From a virus: a DNA stretch of 64,000 nt. Location: IMG/VR virus record IMGVR_UViG_3300020055_000004. One strand, written 5' to 3'. Below, piece after piece: positions 28,125 to 37,078 of the stretch (positions are counted from its first letter, which is position 1; each line of letters starts with the position of its first letter). The notes beneath the pieces were generated by a model. The model had not been told where the DNA came from and made no database searches. It was given only the letters and a program-made list of their open reading frames with translations. Position numbers and translations under genes: made by a program.

Positions 28125-28646
28125 ATGGCTACGATACGTACAACTGGATTGGATAAATTGCAGCAAAAACTGGCTAAGAGATTTATCCGGTGGACAATGA
28201 AAAAATTCTTTCCAAGATCATATTATACTTTTTCTATTAAAATAAAAGGTAGTAATGATCTTTTAGAAAAATACGAAATGTATGCAGATTGTATGTACGA
28301 TAGTGTAGGTGTTCGACCAAAGGAATATACAATTCGAATAGATAATACACTTGATCCAGAAATGTTTATCAAAACTCTTGCTCATGAATTGACACATGTC
28401 AAACAATGGGGTAAGGGTGAAATGAAAACTTACGAGAGAAACTTTAAAGTTACTCGTTGGCACGAAAGAAAAATTCGGCATGATTTGATTAATTATCATG
28501 ATATGCCATGGGAAATTGAAGCACACGGTCGTGAACATGGACTGTTTGCTCAATTTATTGAGAATGACGAAGAAATGAGAGATTTGATTGATGGCACAGC
28601 TACTGATTACAAACTGCTCGGACACAAGCAGATGGTACTCTTCTAA
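28125..28646 (+). CDS. Zincin-like metallopeptidase
   Basis: TLAHELTHVKQ (HExxH), PWEIEA. Confidence 0.75.
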   Translation: MATIRTTGLDKLQQKLAKRFIRWTMKKFFPRSYYTFSIKIKGSNDLLEKYEMYADCMYDSVGVRPKEYTIRIDNTLDPEMFIKTLAHELTHVKQWGKGEMKTYERNFKVTRWHERKIRHDLINYHDMPWEIEAHGREHGLFAQFIENDEEMRDLIDGTATDYKLLGHKQMVLF

Positions 28647-28774
28647 TATAGGAGAGACATTTCCTCTTCTCAAAGAATTCGATATTGAATATTTAACTCT
28701 TCAGGCCCCGTCTGAGGAGTTTAATGGCTATCGCTTTAAAAATTATATTTTGAAACAAGACGCGGAGATTATTG

Positions 28775-29044
28775 ATGTCTGATATAATGACTTTCTGCAC
28801 CATCACTGGTGAGATTATTGGTAGATTAAAAGAAGAGAACGACACTTCCTACGTAGTAGAAAATCCACGACTATTTGGTCAATCTGAGCAAGGTGTTGGC
28901 TTTGTCCCGGGTGTATGCATGACCGGTAAGCGCGAACCTTCTGAAGCTACACTGAACAAAGCCATGATTAGTTGTGTTGTAGAAACTGATGAAAATATTG
29001 TCAAGGCTTGGCAACAACAAACTTCTGGCATTGTACTTCCGTAA
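28775..29044 (+). CDS. Hypothetical Sm-like protein
   Basis: TGEIIGRL...NPR, C-terminal TSGIVLP. Confidence 0.6.
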   Translation: MSDIMTFCTITGEIIGRLKEENDTSYVVENPRLFGQSEQGVGFVPGVCMTGKREPSEATLNKAMISCVVETDENIVKAWQQQTSGIVLP

Positions 29045-30543
29045 TGCTACATCAAGTAACGCCGTTAGATGCAGTATATCATATATTAAAAACTGGTACC
29101 AAAGAACAGTTGCTAGCAGATGAACATCTTGTTAATTTTTACAATCAATTTAATATAAAAATTGTACCATATCAAGAAGTTTTAAAAATTCTCAAACCTG
29201 TTGAACGAGCACAATCTGAAGTACACTACGGAAGAATAATTAGTGAGATGCTATCTAAAAATGATGATGTTGAAGATCCGAATCAACACTATCTAGAAAA
29301 CTGTGAACCCGGAACACGTTCCTATGATGTCAGACAATTTACAAAAATGTCATGGCTAATTAATGATATTAAAAATCATGGTTTAAAAGAACCTATCACT
29401 GTAATCTTATCTCCCGAATATAATGCAGACACGCAGGAAATTAATATTAAAAAAGTTTCTCATCCGGGTTCATTTAGATTTCATGCATTACAAATAATGG
29501 ATTTAAATCCTGATATTATTGTATTCGATCATTTTAATTTTTTACCTGAATATAAAAAGGTAGGTCTAGAAGATCTATTAAATCTATATAATGACGATGA
29601 TACGTATTTTGAAATAGCAATACTTCCAAATCCGGATAACCATTTAACACCACAAATTTTAAACATTGCAGGACAATCAAGAAATGGATTGATGATGGAA
29701 TCAATCGAAAAATATTTCGAAGATCATACAAAAAAAGTGTTTAATAAAAAATGGAAAATATTTGTTGGGTATGATGGTAAACATACTGATGCTGCTGCTA
29801 CATGTGTTAATAGTATCTACTATGCTATGGGCTCTCAAATGTCAAAAACCGTAGAAGTAGAATTACTCGATATATCAAAGATACCAGAATATACCAGAGA
29901 ATATAAAAATCAAAGTACAGAGTTTGCATATTCACGATTTCTAGTACCTTATCTTTCGAATTATGAAGGTATGAGTATTTTTGTTGATGATGATTATATT
30001 TTTACCAAAGATATTCGAAATTTATTTTATTTTATTAATCACGATCAAGCTGTATCATGTGTTCAACATAATTTTGAAGAAAAATATAATACTAAATTTA
30101 ATAATGAAAAAGACGTTTGGTATCCTAAAAAACTGTGGTCAAGTTTAATGGTATTCAATAATGAACATCCTGATTGTAAAAAATTAACACCAGAAATTGT
30201 AAATACAGAATCTGGAAAATATTTGCATCAGTTCGAATGGACAGATAAGATTGGATCTATACCAAAAATGTGGGCATGGACAGAAGGATACGATGATATA
30301 AATAGTATACATCATGCTCGAGGTTTACACTGGACAAGAGGTGGCCCTTGGATTGAAGACATGAATTGTAGTGAAATTCAAGGACTGAGTTTATATGATT
30401 ATTATAGATCTAGGCACATAGATCTAAAAGTTTTTCAATCTAGATTTTGTGCATTCGTTAATCCACATGAGTGGTATGATATGAATGAACCTTTGATAGA
30501 TGAAAATAGTGGAACTAAAACCGTACTAAAAAGAGGTAAATGA
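29044..30543 (+). CDS. ParB/Srx-like domain fused to GT-A (GT8-like) glycosyltransferase
   Basis: DIKNHGLKEPITV...PGSFRFHAL; IFVGYD, STEFAYSRFLVPYL, IFVDDD, KLWSSLMVFN, HWTRGGPW. Confidence 0.7.
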   Translation: MLHQVTPLDAVYHILKTGTKEQLLADEHLVNFYNQFNIKIVPYQEVLKILKPVERAQSEVHYGRIISEMLSKNDDVEDPNQHYLENCEPGTRSYDVRQFTKMSWLINDIKNHGLKEPITVILSPEYNADTQEINIKKVSHPGSFRFHALQIMDLNPDIIVFDHFNFLPEYKKVGLEDLLNLYNDDDTYFEIAILPNPDNHLTPQILNIAGQSRNGLMMESIEKYFEDHTKKVFNKKWKIFVGYDGKHTDAAATCVNSIYYAMGSQMSKTVEVELLDISKIPEYTREYKNQSTEFAYSRFLVPYLSNYEGMSIFVDDDYIFTKDIRNLFYFINHDQAVSCVQHNFEEKYNTKFNNEKDVWYPKKLWSSLMVFNNEHPDCKKLTPEIVNTESGKYLHQFEWTDKIGSIPKMWAWTEGYDDINSIHHARGLHWTRGGPWIEDMNCSEIQGLSLYDYYRSRHIDLKVFQSRFCAFVNPHEWYDMNEPLIDENSGTKTVLKRGK

Positions 30544-30544
30544 G

Positions 30545-30841
30545 ATGGATACTGTAATTGCAATCGTATTGTTTGGCGCCGCTGGAGTAGCACTTTATTT
30601 TTGGCTACAAAAGCGTAAAGAACCAAAGAAAACGGTCATTTTGCCAGGCGTTTCAGAAGATCTATTTAATGCTACAGTTGAAGATCTAATGCGTAAAACC
30701 AAAGCAGAGCTTATTCAAATTTGGTCAGCTGAAATTATTGCAAGCGGTGGTAATTATGTTCCTCCTACGCTTGGTAACGGCATGACCAAAAAACAGATTT
30801 CAGAAGAAATCGCTGCACTCCGCCTGGGCGGCCGCCCCTAA
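30545..30841 (+). CDS. Membrane-anchored hypothetical protein
   Basis: N-terminal TM; KTKAEL...MTKKQI. Confidence 0.55.
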   Translation: MDTVIAIVLFGAAGVALYFWLQKRKEPKKTVILPGVSEDLFNATVEDLMRKTKAELIQIWSAEIIASGGNYVPPTLGNGMTKKQISEEIAALRLGGRP

Positions 30842-30849
30842 AAAAAACA

Positions 30850-30878
30850 TGTACAAACGTCGCATTCTGTAGTAGAAT
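30850..30878 (+). promoter_or_regulatory. Early-type promoter TGTACA-N17-TAGAAT
   Basis: Exact motif. Confidence 0.8.
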
Positions 30879-30884
30879 GTTTAC

Positions 30885-31482
30885 ATGATCAAAGAAAAAG
30901 TAATATTGACAGACTGCGACGGTGTGCTCCTTGATTGGGAGTATGCTTTTACTCAATGGATGCATTCGCCACGGATATGATCCGGTTGACGAGACACAAT
31001 ACAATGTAGGTAAGAGATTTAATCTTGAACGACCTTTCTCTAAGAAACTAGTTCGAATGTTCAATGAATCTGCTTCCATTCGTAAAGTACCTCCTCTACG
31101 CGATGCTATTAAATATGTTCGAAAGTTACACGAAGAACATGGTTATGTATTTCATGCCATCACTTCTTTAAGTAATGATCAGTACGCTCAACATCTTAGA
31201 ACAAAAAATCTAATCGAGCTATTTGGTCCTACTGCTTTCGAAAAATACACTTATCTTGACTGTGGCGCTGACAAAGACGAAGCACTTGCAGTATATAAAA
31301 ACACCGAATGTTGGTGGGTCGAAGATAAAGTAGAAAATGCTGTAGTTGGAGCAAAGGCTGGATTGAATTCAATTCTAATGGCACATACTCACAACGCAGA
31401 TTTAAGTTCTACTCAAGCTATGTTAATCAGAGCGAGAGTTCAGAACTGGAAACAAATTTATGATTTGATCATAAATACTTAA
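30885..31482 (+). pseudogene. HAD 5'(3')-deoxyribonucleotidase-like gene interrupted by a +1 frameshift near 30963
   Basis: Frame from 30885 gives MIKEKVILTDCDGVLLDWEYAFTQWM then stops; remaining HAD motifs (AITS, KD, WVEDK) are in the +1 frame. Confidence 0.75.
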
Positions 31483-31810
31483 TTCGCTGAAGCTTGTAAT
31501 AGGTTTGTGCGGACGGCGGTTCGACTCCGCCCGCCTCCACCATAAGCACATCGTTGATCTAGAAGTGGCAAAGGCGACGATGAGACTAAGATCCCGCTGC
31601 GCGGGTACATGGGTGAGAATCCCATACGGTGTGCTTATGATGGGGGCGTAATGGATTCGACGGGCGACTGAAAGCAAGTGGAGAATCGTCAATGATGCTG
31701 ACGTTAAACAGGGTCAACTAAAATAATCGCAAACGACGATTACTATCAGGACTACGCACTAGCTGCATAATCCTCGGGGCGGCCACTGCCTTGTTATCCA
31801 AGTGTGGCAC
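31482..31810 (+). ncRNA. ssrA: Circularly permuted (two-piece) tmRNA: acceptor piece ~31482-31542, intervening segment 31543-31641, coding piece 31642-~31810, tag (A)ANDDYYQDYALAA at 31729-31770
   Basis: GAC-GGCGG-TTCGACT-CCGCC-CGCCTCC-ACCA lies upstream of GGGGGCG-TAATGGATTCGAC; 7-bp acceptor stem with G3.U70; resume GCA AAC GAC; ends ALAA-stop. Confidence 0.93.
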
Positions 31811-31846
31811 CTTTTATTATGAGAGGTAGGAAACAGGGAGACGCTT

Positions 31847-32335
31847 ATGATTAGGCGAGCACTTGCGGTATTACTTTGTTTATGTTCTTGGTCAGCATGT
31901 GCTGATCTCGATTCTGAATTGGAATGTTTGGCAAAGAACATATATTTTGAAGCAAGAGGGGAAGAGCCAAGAGGGCAATTTGCTGTGGCTCATGTTACTC
32001 TTAATCGTGTAGAAAGCAATAAATTTCCTGATAGCATATGTGGTGTAGTCTATCAGGCAAGAATGAGACCGAGTTGGAAAGATCCAAATAAGCTTATACC
32101 GTCTCGTCATCGATGTCAATTCTCATGGTATTGTGATGGATTGCCAGATGAGATAGATGATTGGCCGGCATACGAAAAAGCTATTCAGATAGCACGTATA
32201 AGTATTATAGGAATTATTCCTGATATGACAAATGGATCGTTGTTCTATCATAATGAAACGGTTGATCCACACTGGAATGATAATATGAGATTAGTTGCTG
32301 TGGTAGGTAAACACAGATTTTATACTGGATGGTGA
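31847..32335 (+). CDS. Cell wall hydrolase (SleB/Hydrolase_2)
   Basis: CLAKNIYFEARGE, VAHVTLNRV, CGVVYQ, CQFSWYCDG, HRFY. Confidence 0.92.
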   Translation: MIRRALAVLLCLCSWSACADLDSELECLAKNIYFEARGEEPRGQFAVAHVTLNRVESNKFPDSICGVVYQARMRPSWKDPNKLIPSRHRCQFSWYCDGLPDEIDDWPAYEKAIQIARISIIGIIPDMTNGSLFYHNETVDPHWNDNMRLVAVVGKHRFYTGW

Positions 32336-32336
32336 T

Positions 32337-33062
32337 ATGGCAGAAATTGGTGATCAATATAATACTATACCTTTATTTGCAACACCTGTTGTAAGATATA
32401 AAATAGAATTCAACGAAAAAGAAAAAAGTCTATTAGACACATACACTGATCAAAATTTTGTTCAAGAAAATTCCATTATCGATAGTATCAAATATGATCC
32501 TGAAACAGACGAAAATTTTAAAATCAATTTTCTTACTGAAAATCTATTGCAACTAAATTCAAAGTTTCATTCAATTAGAGATGCGGTATTAGAATGTGCA
32601 AACCATTATTTAACACAGGTATGGGGATTCGAAATTGGTGGTACTCAGCTAGTAATTTCTGATTCATGGTTTATACATAGTAGAGGTGAAAACGAAATGA
32701 GAGTGTTTAAAAAACACAATCATTCATGGTCATTACTTACAGCTGTTTTGTATTTAGATGATACTGATAATGGTTTAATGTTAACACCTATAGGTGGCGG
32801 AGCCCCAAAAATGTGGTATCCGTTTTTATATCAACCTAGAGAAGATAATGAATTTAATAGTGATGAATTTTTCTTTCGACCGGAGGCCGGTGATCTATTA
32901 ATAATGCCAGCTAAAATGGAACATGCCATTGTGAAGAGTGATAATCCAAATGATGTTAGAAATTCTATTGCTATTAACATTTGGCCACATGGCGAACCAA
33001 GTATAGCTCATTCTGCTAGATTAAATACAAACGATTTTAAGGAATATGACAATGGCAGGTAA
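32337..33062 (+). CDS. Putative 2OG-Fe(II) oxygenase (TIGR02466-like)
   Basis: LFATPV, HNH, AVLYL, GDLLIMP..MEH, RNSIAIN. Confidence 0.75.
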   Translation: MAEIGDQYNTIPLFATPVVRYKIEFNEKEKSLLDTYTDQNFVQENSIIDSIKYDPETDENFKINFLTENLLQLNSKFHSIRDAVLECANHYLTQVWGFEIGGTQLVISDSWFIHSRGENEMRVFKKHNHSWSLLTAVLYLDDTDNGLMLTPIGGGAPKMWYPFLYQPREDNEFNSDEFFFRPEAGDLLIMPAKMEHAIVKSDNPNDVRNSIAINIWPHGEPSIAHSARLNTNDFKEYDNGR

Positions 33063-33252
33063 GGGTAGTAAAGCACGACCATTAAGTGTTGAGCGTCAGG
33101 TATTTTCAGATAATTGGGATCGATGTTTTAAGAAAAAACAAAAAGAATTAACTGAACTCAATGCTGATGGCAACGAGGATCGTGGCCGATTTGGAGAAGA
33201 TTTAAAATATGAATCTGGTAACCCGCTCGAAAGACCATATGAACCCGATTAA
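33046..33252 (+). CDS. Hypothetical protein
   Basis: GKGSKARP...NWDRCF conserved phage-type peptide. Confidence 0.55.
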   Translation: MTMAGKGSKARPLSVERQVFSDNWDRCFKKKQKELTELNADGNEDRGRFGEDLKYESGNPLERPYEPD

Positions 33253-33754
33253 AATTAATCTTGGTTGTGGTAAAAAATATTGGGATGACTATATTAATGT
33301 TGATGCAAACCCAGATGTCAATCCGGATATTATTACCGATTTTACTCAAGAATTACCTTTCGAAAACGATTATGCAGATGAAATAATTGCAATTCATTTG
33401 ATCGAACATATCGATAAATTAAAGATCGATAATATTATACAAGATTGGTTTAGGGTATTAAAGCCCGGCGGAAAGTTAATTATAGAATGTCCTGATTTAG
33501 AAAAAATTGCGCATCATATTTTAAACCGCGAGTTTCGAGAAAATGAACCAAAGCTTTGGGAAACATTTACAATACAAGGAATTTTCGGTGAGCAAACTGA
33601 AAATATGTTGACGATCGATCGTCATATGTGGGGATACACTCCTGATACAATGGCCGATCTTCTTCTCAGAAATAATTTTAAAGATGTAATGTGTATGCCT
33701 GCTCAATGGCATCGGCCTCAGCGAGATATGAGATTCGAGGCAACAAAACTGTAA
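33239..33754 (+). CDS. Class I SAM-dependent methyltransferase
   Basis: INLGCG, NVD, HLIEH, RVLKPGG. Confidence 0.85.
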   Translation: MNPIKINLGCGKKYWDDYINVDANPDVNPDIITDFTQELPFENDYADEIIAIHLIEHIDKLKIDNIIQDWFRVLKPGGKLIIECPDLEKIAHHILNREFRENEPKLWETFTIQGIFGEQTENMLTIDRHMWGYTPDTMADLLLRNNFKDVMCMPAQWHRPQRDMRFEATKL

Positions 33755-33770
33755 ATATTTCACAAAAGCA

Positions 33771-33799
33771 TGTACAAACACTCCAATATGCTGTAGAAT
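33771..33799 (+). promoter_or_regulatory. Early-type promoter TGTACA-N17-TAGAAT
   Basis: Exact motif. Confidence 0.8.
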
Positions 33800-33823
33800 G
33801 GCACAGTCAAATGGAGAAATGCT

Positions 33824-34144
33824 ATGGGTATGATGTTTACGAATTCACTTGCGTACGATATGTCTGGACGTCGACGTAAGAAAGCTAAGCCGACCGGCGA
33901 AGTCTATAAAAAGTATCAACCAGAATTTAAGCCTTATGTCGCTCCCACACCCACACCACGTCGCGACGATGGTGTAGTCTATAAGTCTGTATCGGACTTC
34001 TCTACGATGGGACAGGCATCACGGAGAGAGCCTCAGAAATACACTGGCACTTTGATCAAAGGTATTGCAACTATGCACAAATCGAATGCAGTACCTGTTA
34101 TTGATCAAAAGCATGCCGAAGAGATTTCTAAGATGGCAAGATAA
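33824..34144 (+). CDS. Conserved phage hypothetical protein
   Basis: YTGTLIKGIATMHKSNAVPV motif. Confidence 0.7.
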   Translation: MGMMFTNSLAYDMSGRRRKKAKPTGEVYKKYQPEFKPYVAPTPTPRRDDGVVYKSVSDFSTMGQASRREPQKYTGTLIKGIATMHKSNAVPVIDQKHAEEISKMAR

Positions 34145-34146
34145 TT

Positions 34147-34230
34147 GGAGAGGTTGGGGAGTGGTTAAACCCATCAGACTGTAAATCTGACGCGCAAGCT
34201 TCGGTGGTTCGAATCCACCCCTCTCCACCA
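34147..34230 (+). tRNA. tRNA-Tyr(GUA)
   Basis: TCAGA-CT GTA AA-TCTGA, long variable arm, CCA. Confidence 0.96.
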
Positions 34231-34234
34231 ACTT

Positions 34235-34321
34235 GCCTCGGTGGTGAAATTGGTAGACACAAGGGACTTAAAATCCCTCGGCAGAAATGCTGTGCCGGTT
34301 CGACTCCGGCTCGAGGCACCA
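34235..34321 (+). tRNA. tRNA-Leu(UAA)
   Basis: AGGGA-CT TAA AA-TCCCT, long variable arm, CCA. Confidence 0.96.
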
Positions 34322-34331
34322 TCCATATACG

Positions 34332-34483
34332 AAAAAGTTATATACTTAGACGAAAATAGTCTAAAAAAAGTGAAAAAAGTTCTTGAAAAAGTCTTTAGAA
34401 ATCAATAACTTGCAAGTCTCAAAAAAGCCCTTTGAAATCAATAACTTAGAAGTGTACATTGCCATCACCACTTGATAGAATAG
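34332..34483 (+). repeat. Duplicated ~150-bp regulatory cassette, copy 1 (A-tracts, two IHF-consensus sites, early promoter 34453-34481)
   Basis: First 63 bp identical to 53852-53914; AATCAATAACTTR at 34400 and 34436. Confidence 0.9.
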
Positions 34484-34506
34484 ACTCATCAAATGGAGAA
34501 AAGCTT

Positions 34507-34767
34507 ATGATTAATTATGTAACTGGTAACGCATACACTGGCAACAACGCCAATATCCTGTCTGATATCGACTCAGCTGGTTTCCTTACATTTATGCAAG
34601 CCAAATCAATTGGTCGAGTACCTGCTGCTGGCACCGGTATCGAACTTAAGCGCATCGTCAAAGTCAAGCAAATTGACAAGAAGACTGGTGAGAAAAAGTT
34701 CAAGAAAGTACCTAAGCGTTTTTGGGTATTCCGAATTGAAGACACTGTAGAATTGGAGGTAGCGTAA
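34507..34767 (+). CDS. Stand-alone ArdC N-terminal (ssDNA-binding, DUF1738-like) domain protein
   Basis: N..TG.AYTGNN..IL, FLTFMQA..IG, FWVF. Confidence 0.7.
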   Translation: MINYVTGNAYTGNNANILSDIDSAGFLTFMQAKSIGRVPAAGTGIELKRIVKVKQIDKKTGEKKFKKVPKRFWVFRIEDTVELEVA

Positions 34768-34943
34768 TGAATGCATGGTATGCACGCGGTAGGACCGGCG
34801 AACAGGTTCTCGATGCAGTCGAGATGATGCTCGACGCCAAGACTGAATCAGACTTCGAATGGGGTGTATTACGCCTTGAGCGAATTGGTTTGTCTGAAGA
34901 AGAAATTAATTTTGTAATCGATACCGAAGTGAGGGATCAATAA
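34767..34943 (+). CDS. Hypothetical protein (58 aa)
   Basis: GGAGG RBS, TAATG coupling at both ends. Confidence 0.55.
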   Translation: MNAWYARGRTGEQVLDAVEMMLDAKTESDFEWGVLRLERIGLSEEEINFVIDTEVRDQ

Positions 34944-35296
34944 TGGAAGTTAAAACACATCGCACAGACTCTTATGTATGTTCACTCGATCCTATGTCAT
35001 GTGTCGACATGGAGATTCTATCAGCCATTCGTAAGAGTATTTCAGCTAGTAACAAGAACGCGCCTCGTGTGTATACGAAGTACGGTTCAAGTTATATTGC
35101 TAAGAAGCGAGTGACTGTCAAAGGTCGTAAGGCTATTCAAAAGCAATTAGTCAACGTTGGTGGTCGTTATGGCAAGCCTGACTTTCGCTGGCGTTCACAC
35201 ACAACCTTTGGTGACATCGTCGGTGGTATTGCAAATGCTGGTGAATATGATGTTTATATTCATGAAGATCGACGTGACTGGGAATATTCAAGATGA
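34943..35296 (+). CDS. Hypothetical early protein
   Basis: Coupled ORF. Confidence 0.6.
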   Translation: MEVKTHRTDSYVCSLDPMSCVDMEILSAIRKSISASNKNAPRVYTKYGSSYIAKKRVTVKGRKAIQKQLVNVGGRYGKPDFRWRSHTTFGDIVGGIANAGEYDVYIHEDRRDWEYSR

Positions 35297-35478
35297 GTGC
35301 AATGGGTAGAGTAGTAATGGCTATTCAAGAGATGTTGGCTAATGACGAGCCAACATCTACGATAGTCAAAATGCTTCGCGATCGATACGGCTTTGGTGAT
35401 GCATCGGCTCGCGAATTTATTGATTCATGTGAAGAAGAATACAGGCGGCAAGAATACACATCACACGATCCATATTAA
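35293..35478 (+). CDS. Hypothetical protein
   Basis: Coupled ORF. Confidence 0.5.
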   Translation: MSAMGRVVMAIQEMLANDEPTSTIVKMLRDRYGFGDASAREFIDSCEEEYRRQEYTSHDPY

Positions 35479-35486
35479 GGAAATTT

Positions 35487-36017
35487 ATGAATAGAATTGA
35501 TTACACAAAACAACATAAGCTTGGCCGCTTTAATCCTAACTCTGAATGGACTGACGAGTACGCGCGCGTCGGTGCAGTACGTGGTCTAGACTGTGACGTC
35601 TGGGTCGAAGGCGAAGATGGTGATGAATACATTAACATCGAAGTTGTGCAGCGTTGGAATGAGAATCGTCAAGGTTATCAGCGTGTAATGGAAATTCAAT
35701 TGACTCGTAAGAAAAACTCTTACATAGTCGACTTAGCTCGCATTGATTCTAAGTTTCAAGGTTTTGGTATCGCTCCACGAATTTATAAATATCTACTAAG
35801 AAAGCTTGGTATTATTCTACAAGCAGGTGAAATGCAAAGCCCAGGTGGCCGTAGTATCTGGGCTCGCATGGCGAGTATGAGTGGTATCGATATGTTTGCC
35901 CTCGATAGTCGCGGTAATCATTATGATGTAGAAGCCGAAGATAACGAGCTTATGACTGATAACGAACGACTCTACGACGGTCGTAAGAAGATGCGTGTGT
36001 TCGCAATGGCCTGTTGA
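35487..36017 (+). CDS. GNAT-fold acetyltransferase-like protein
   Basis: IDSKFQGFGIA..IY (motif A), QSPGGRSIW. Confidence 0.65.
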   Translation: MNRIDYTKQHKLGRFNPNSEWTDEYARVGAVRGLDCDVWVEGEDGDEYINIEVVQRWNENRQGYQRVMEIQLTRKKNSYIVDLARIDSKFQGFGIAPRIYKYLLRKLGIILQAGEMQSPGGRSIWARMASMSGIDMFALDSRGNHYDVEAEDNELMTDNERLYDGRKKMRVFAMAC

Positions 36018-36343
36018 TGGAATTTAGACAAGTTACAATTACTCTAACTGAGGCAGCTAATGTCAGTGGCAAAAAGCTGCCTAAATCTTATTTGTGGATT
36101 CCTGAAGATGCAAGACTTAGCGATCTCATGAATGATGAGAGAAAGTTTATTCCAGTCTATAAGGAAAATCAATATAGAATGGGTGAGTATGATATGATGA
36201 TTGTCAATAAGGCGATCATTGCAATGATTGAGGAAGAAGATTTTGCCGAGAAGAAAAAAATCCGTGAAGACGGAACTAAAACGAAGCGGGGAGTTCGTTT
36301 CGACTCCGCCGATGGAAATACCCGGGTACAAGACAAGCTTTAA
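36017..36343 (+). CDS. Hypothetical protein
   Basis: RLSDLMNDERKFIPV...VNK. Confidence 0.55.
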   Translation: MEFRQVTITLTEAANVSGKKLPKSYLWIPEDARLSDLMNDERKFIPVYKENQYRMGEYDMMIVNKAIIAMIEEEDFAEKKKIREDGTKTKRGVRFDSADGNTRVQDKL

Positions 36344-36526
36344 GAAAGGCGGTGTGGTATATCATGTCGGTGACGAAGTCATTGTATCGAGTGCAGCACA
36401 GGGTATTGATGCATGCCGCGGTGAAGTTATAAGTGTACTTGGTTCTCAGTTTGTGATAAAATCAGAAGAAGATGCGCCGTACGGCAGATTCTTCTTTTAT
36501 AATGGCTCTAAATTGACCAAAGTATC

Positions 36527-37078
36527 ATGAATAGATTAGAGATATTTCCAACAATATTTTATGAAACAAATATAGATCCTCGACTTGCTTTTGATATTTT
36601 AGAAGATATCAAAAGTAAAAAGACGAGGATCGATCTTGTTCATGAATCAACTCAAATCACACCAGTATCAGATTATTCTACTGATTTTATAGAACCAATA
36701 GATGTACCTTTATTTGATCAACATGTTGTACCACAATTGATCAACGAATTTAAAGAAATGGATGTGAGTCTAGAAATTGGAAATAAATGGGTGTCATGTT
36801 ATACGGGACCAGATGGTTGTCACCCTATGCATATTCATGCTAAACGATTTTCTGGAGTACCAGAATTTTCAGCTATATTATATCTGACATCTATTGGATA
36901 CACTGACTTCTTTAATACTACACTTCATTCCGATCAATATCAACATTCAATTGAATCGCAGGTTGGCAAGATCGTATTCTTTCCTTCCATAATTCCTCAT
37001 CAATATCGTGCTGAAAGATTCGATGGCAACCATCGTTACACTTTACCGTTTAACGTTATTCTTCATGGTTTAAAATGA
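36527..37078 (+). CDS. Putative 2OG-Fe(II) oxygenase
   Basis: IFPT, HIH, SAILYL, GKIVFFPS..PH, RYTLPFN. Confidence 0.75.
   Translation: MNRLEIFPTIFYETNIDPRLAFDILEDIKSKKTRIDLVHESTQITPVSDYSTDFIEPIDVPLFDQHVVPQLINEFKEMDVSLEIGNKWVSCYTGPDGCHPMHIHAKRFSGVPEFSAILYLTSIGYTDFFNTTLHSDQYQHSIESQVGKIVFFPSIIPHQYRAERFDGNHRYTLPFNVILHGLK

Noticed and set aside
31423-31692. Minus-strand 89-aa ORF
   Set aside because: Antisense shadow of the tmRNA
34019-34322. Minus-strand ORFs 34019-34231 and 34128-34322
   Set aside because: Antisense shadows of tRNA-Tyr and tRNA-Leu
34332-34483. CRISPR array or att sites for the repeated elements
   Set aside because: Only two short internal repeats, no spacer series, no cas or integrase genes; explained as promoter cassettes
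36284-36312. GCGGGGAGTTCGTTTCGACTCCGCC resembling a T-arm
   Set aside because: No acceptor, D or anticodon arm; inside coding sequence
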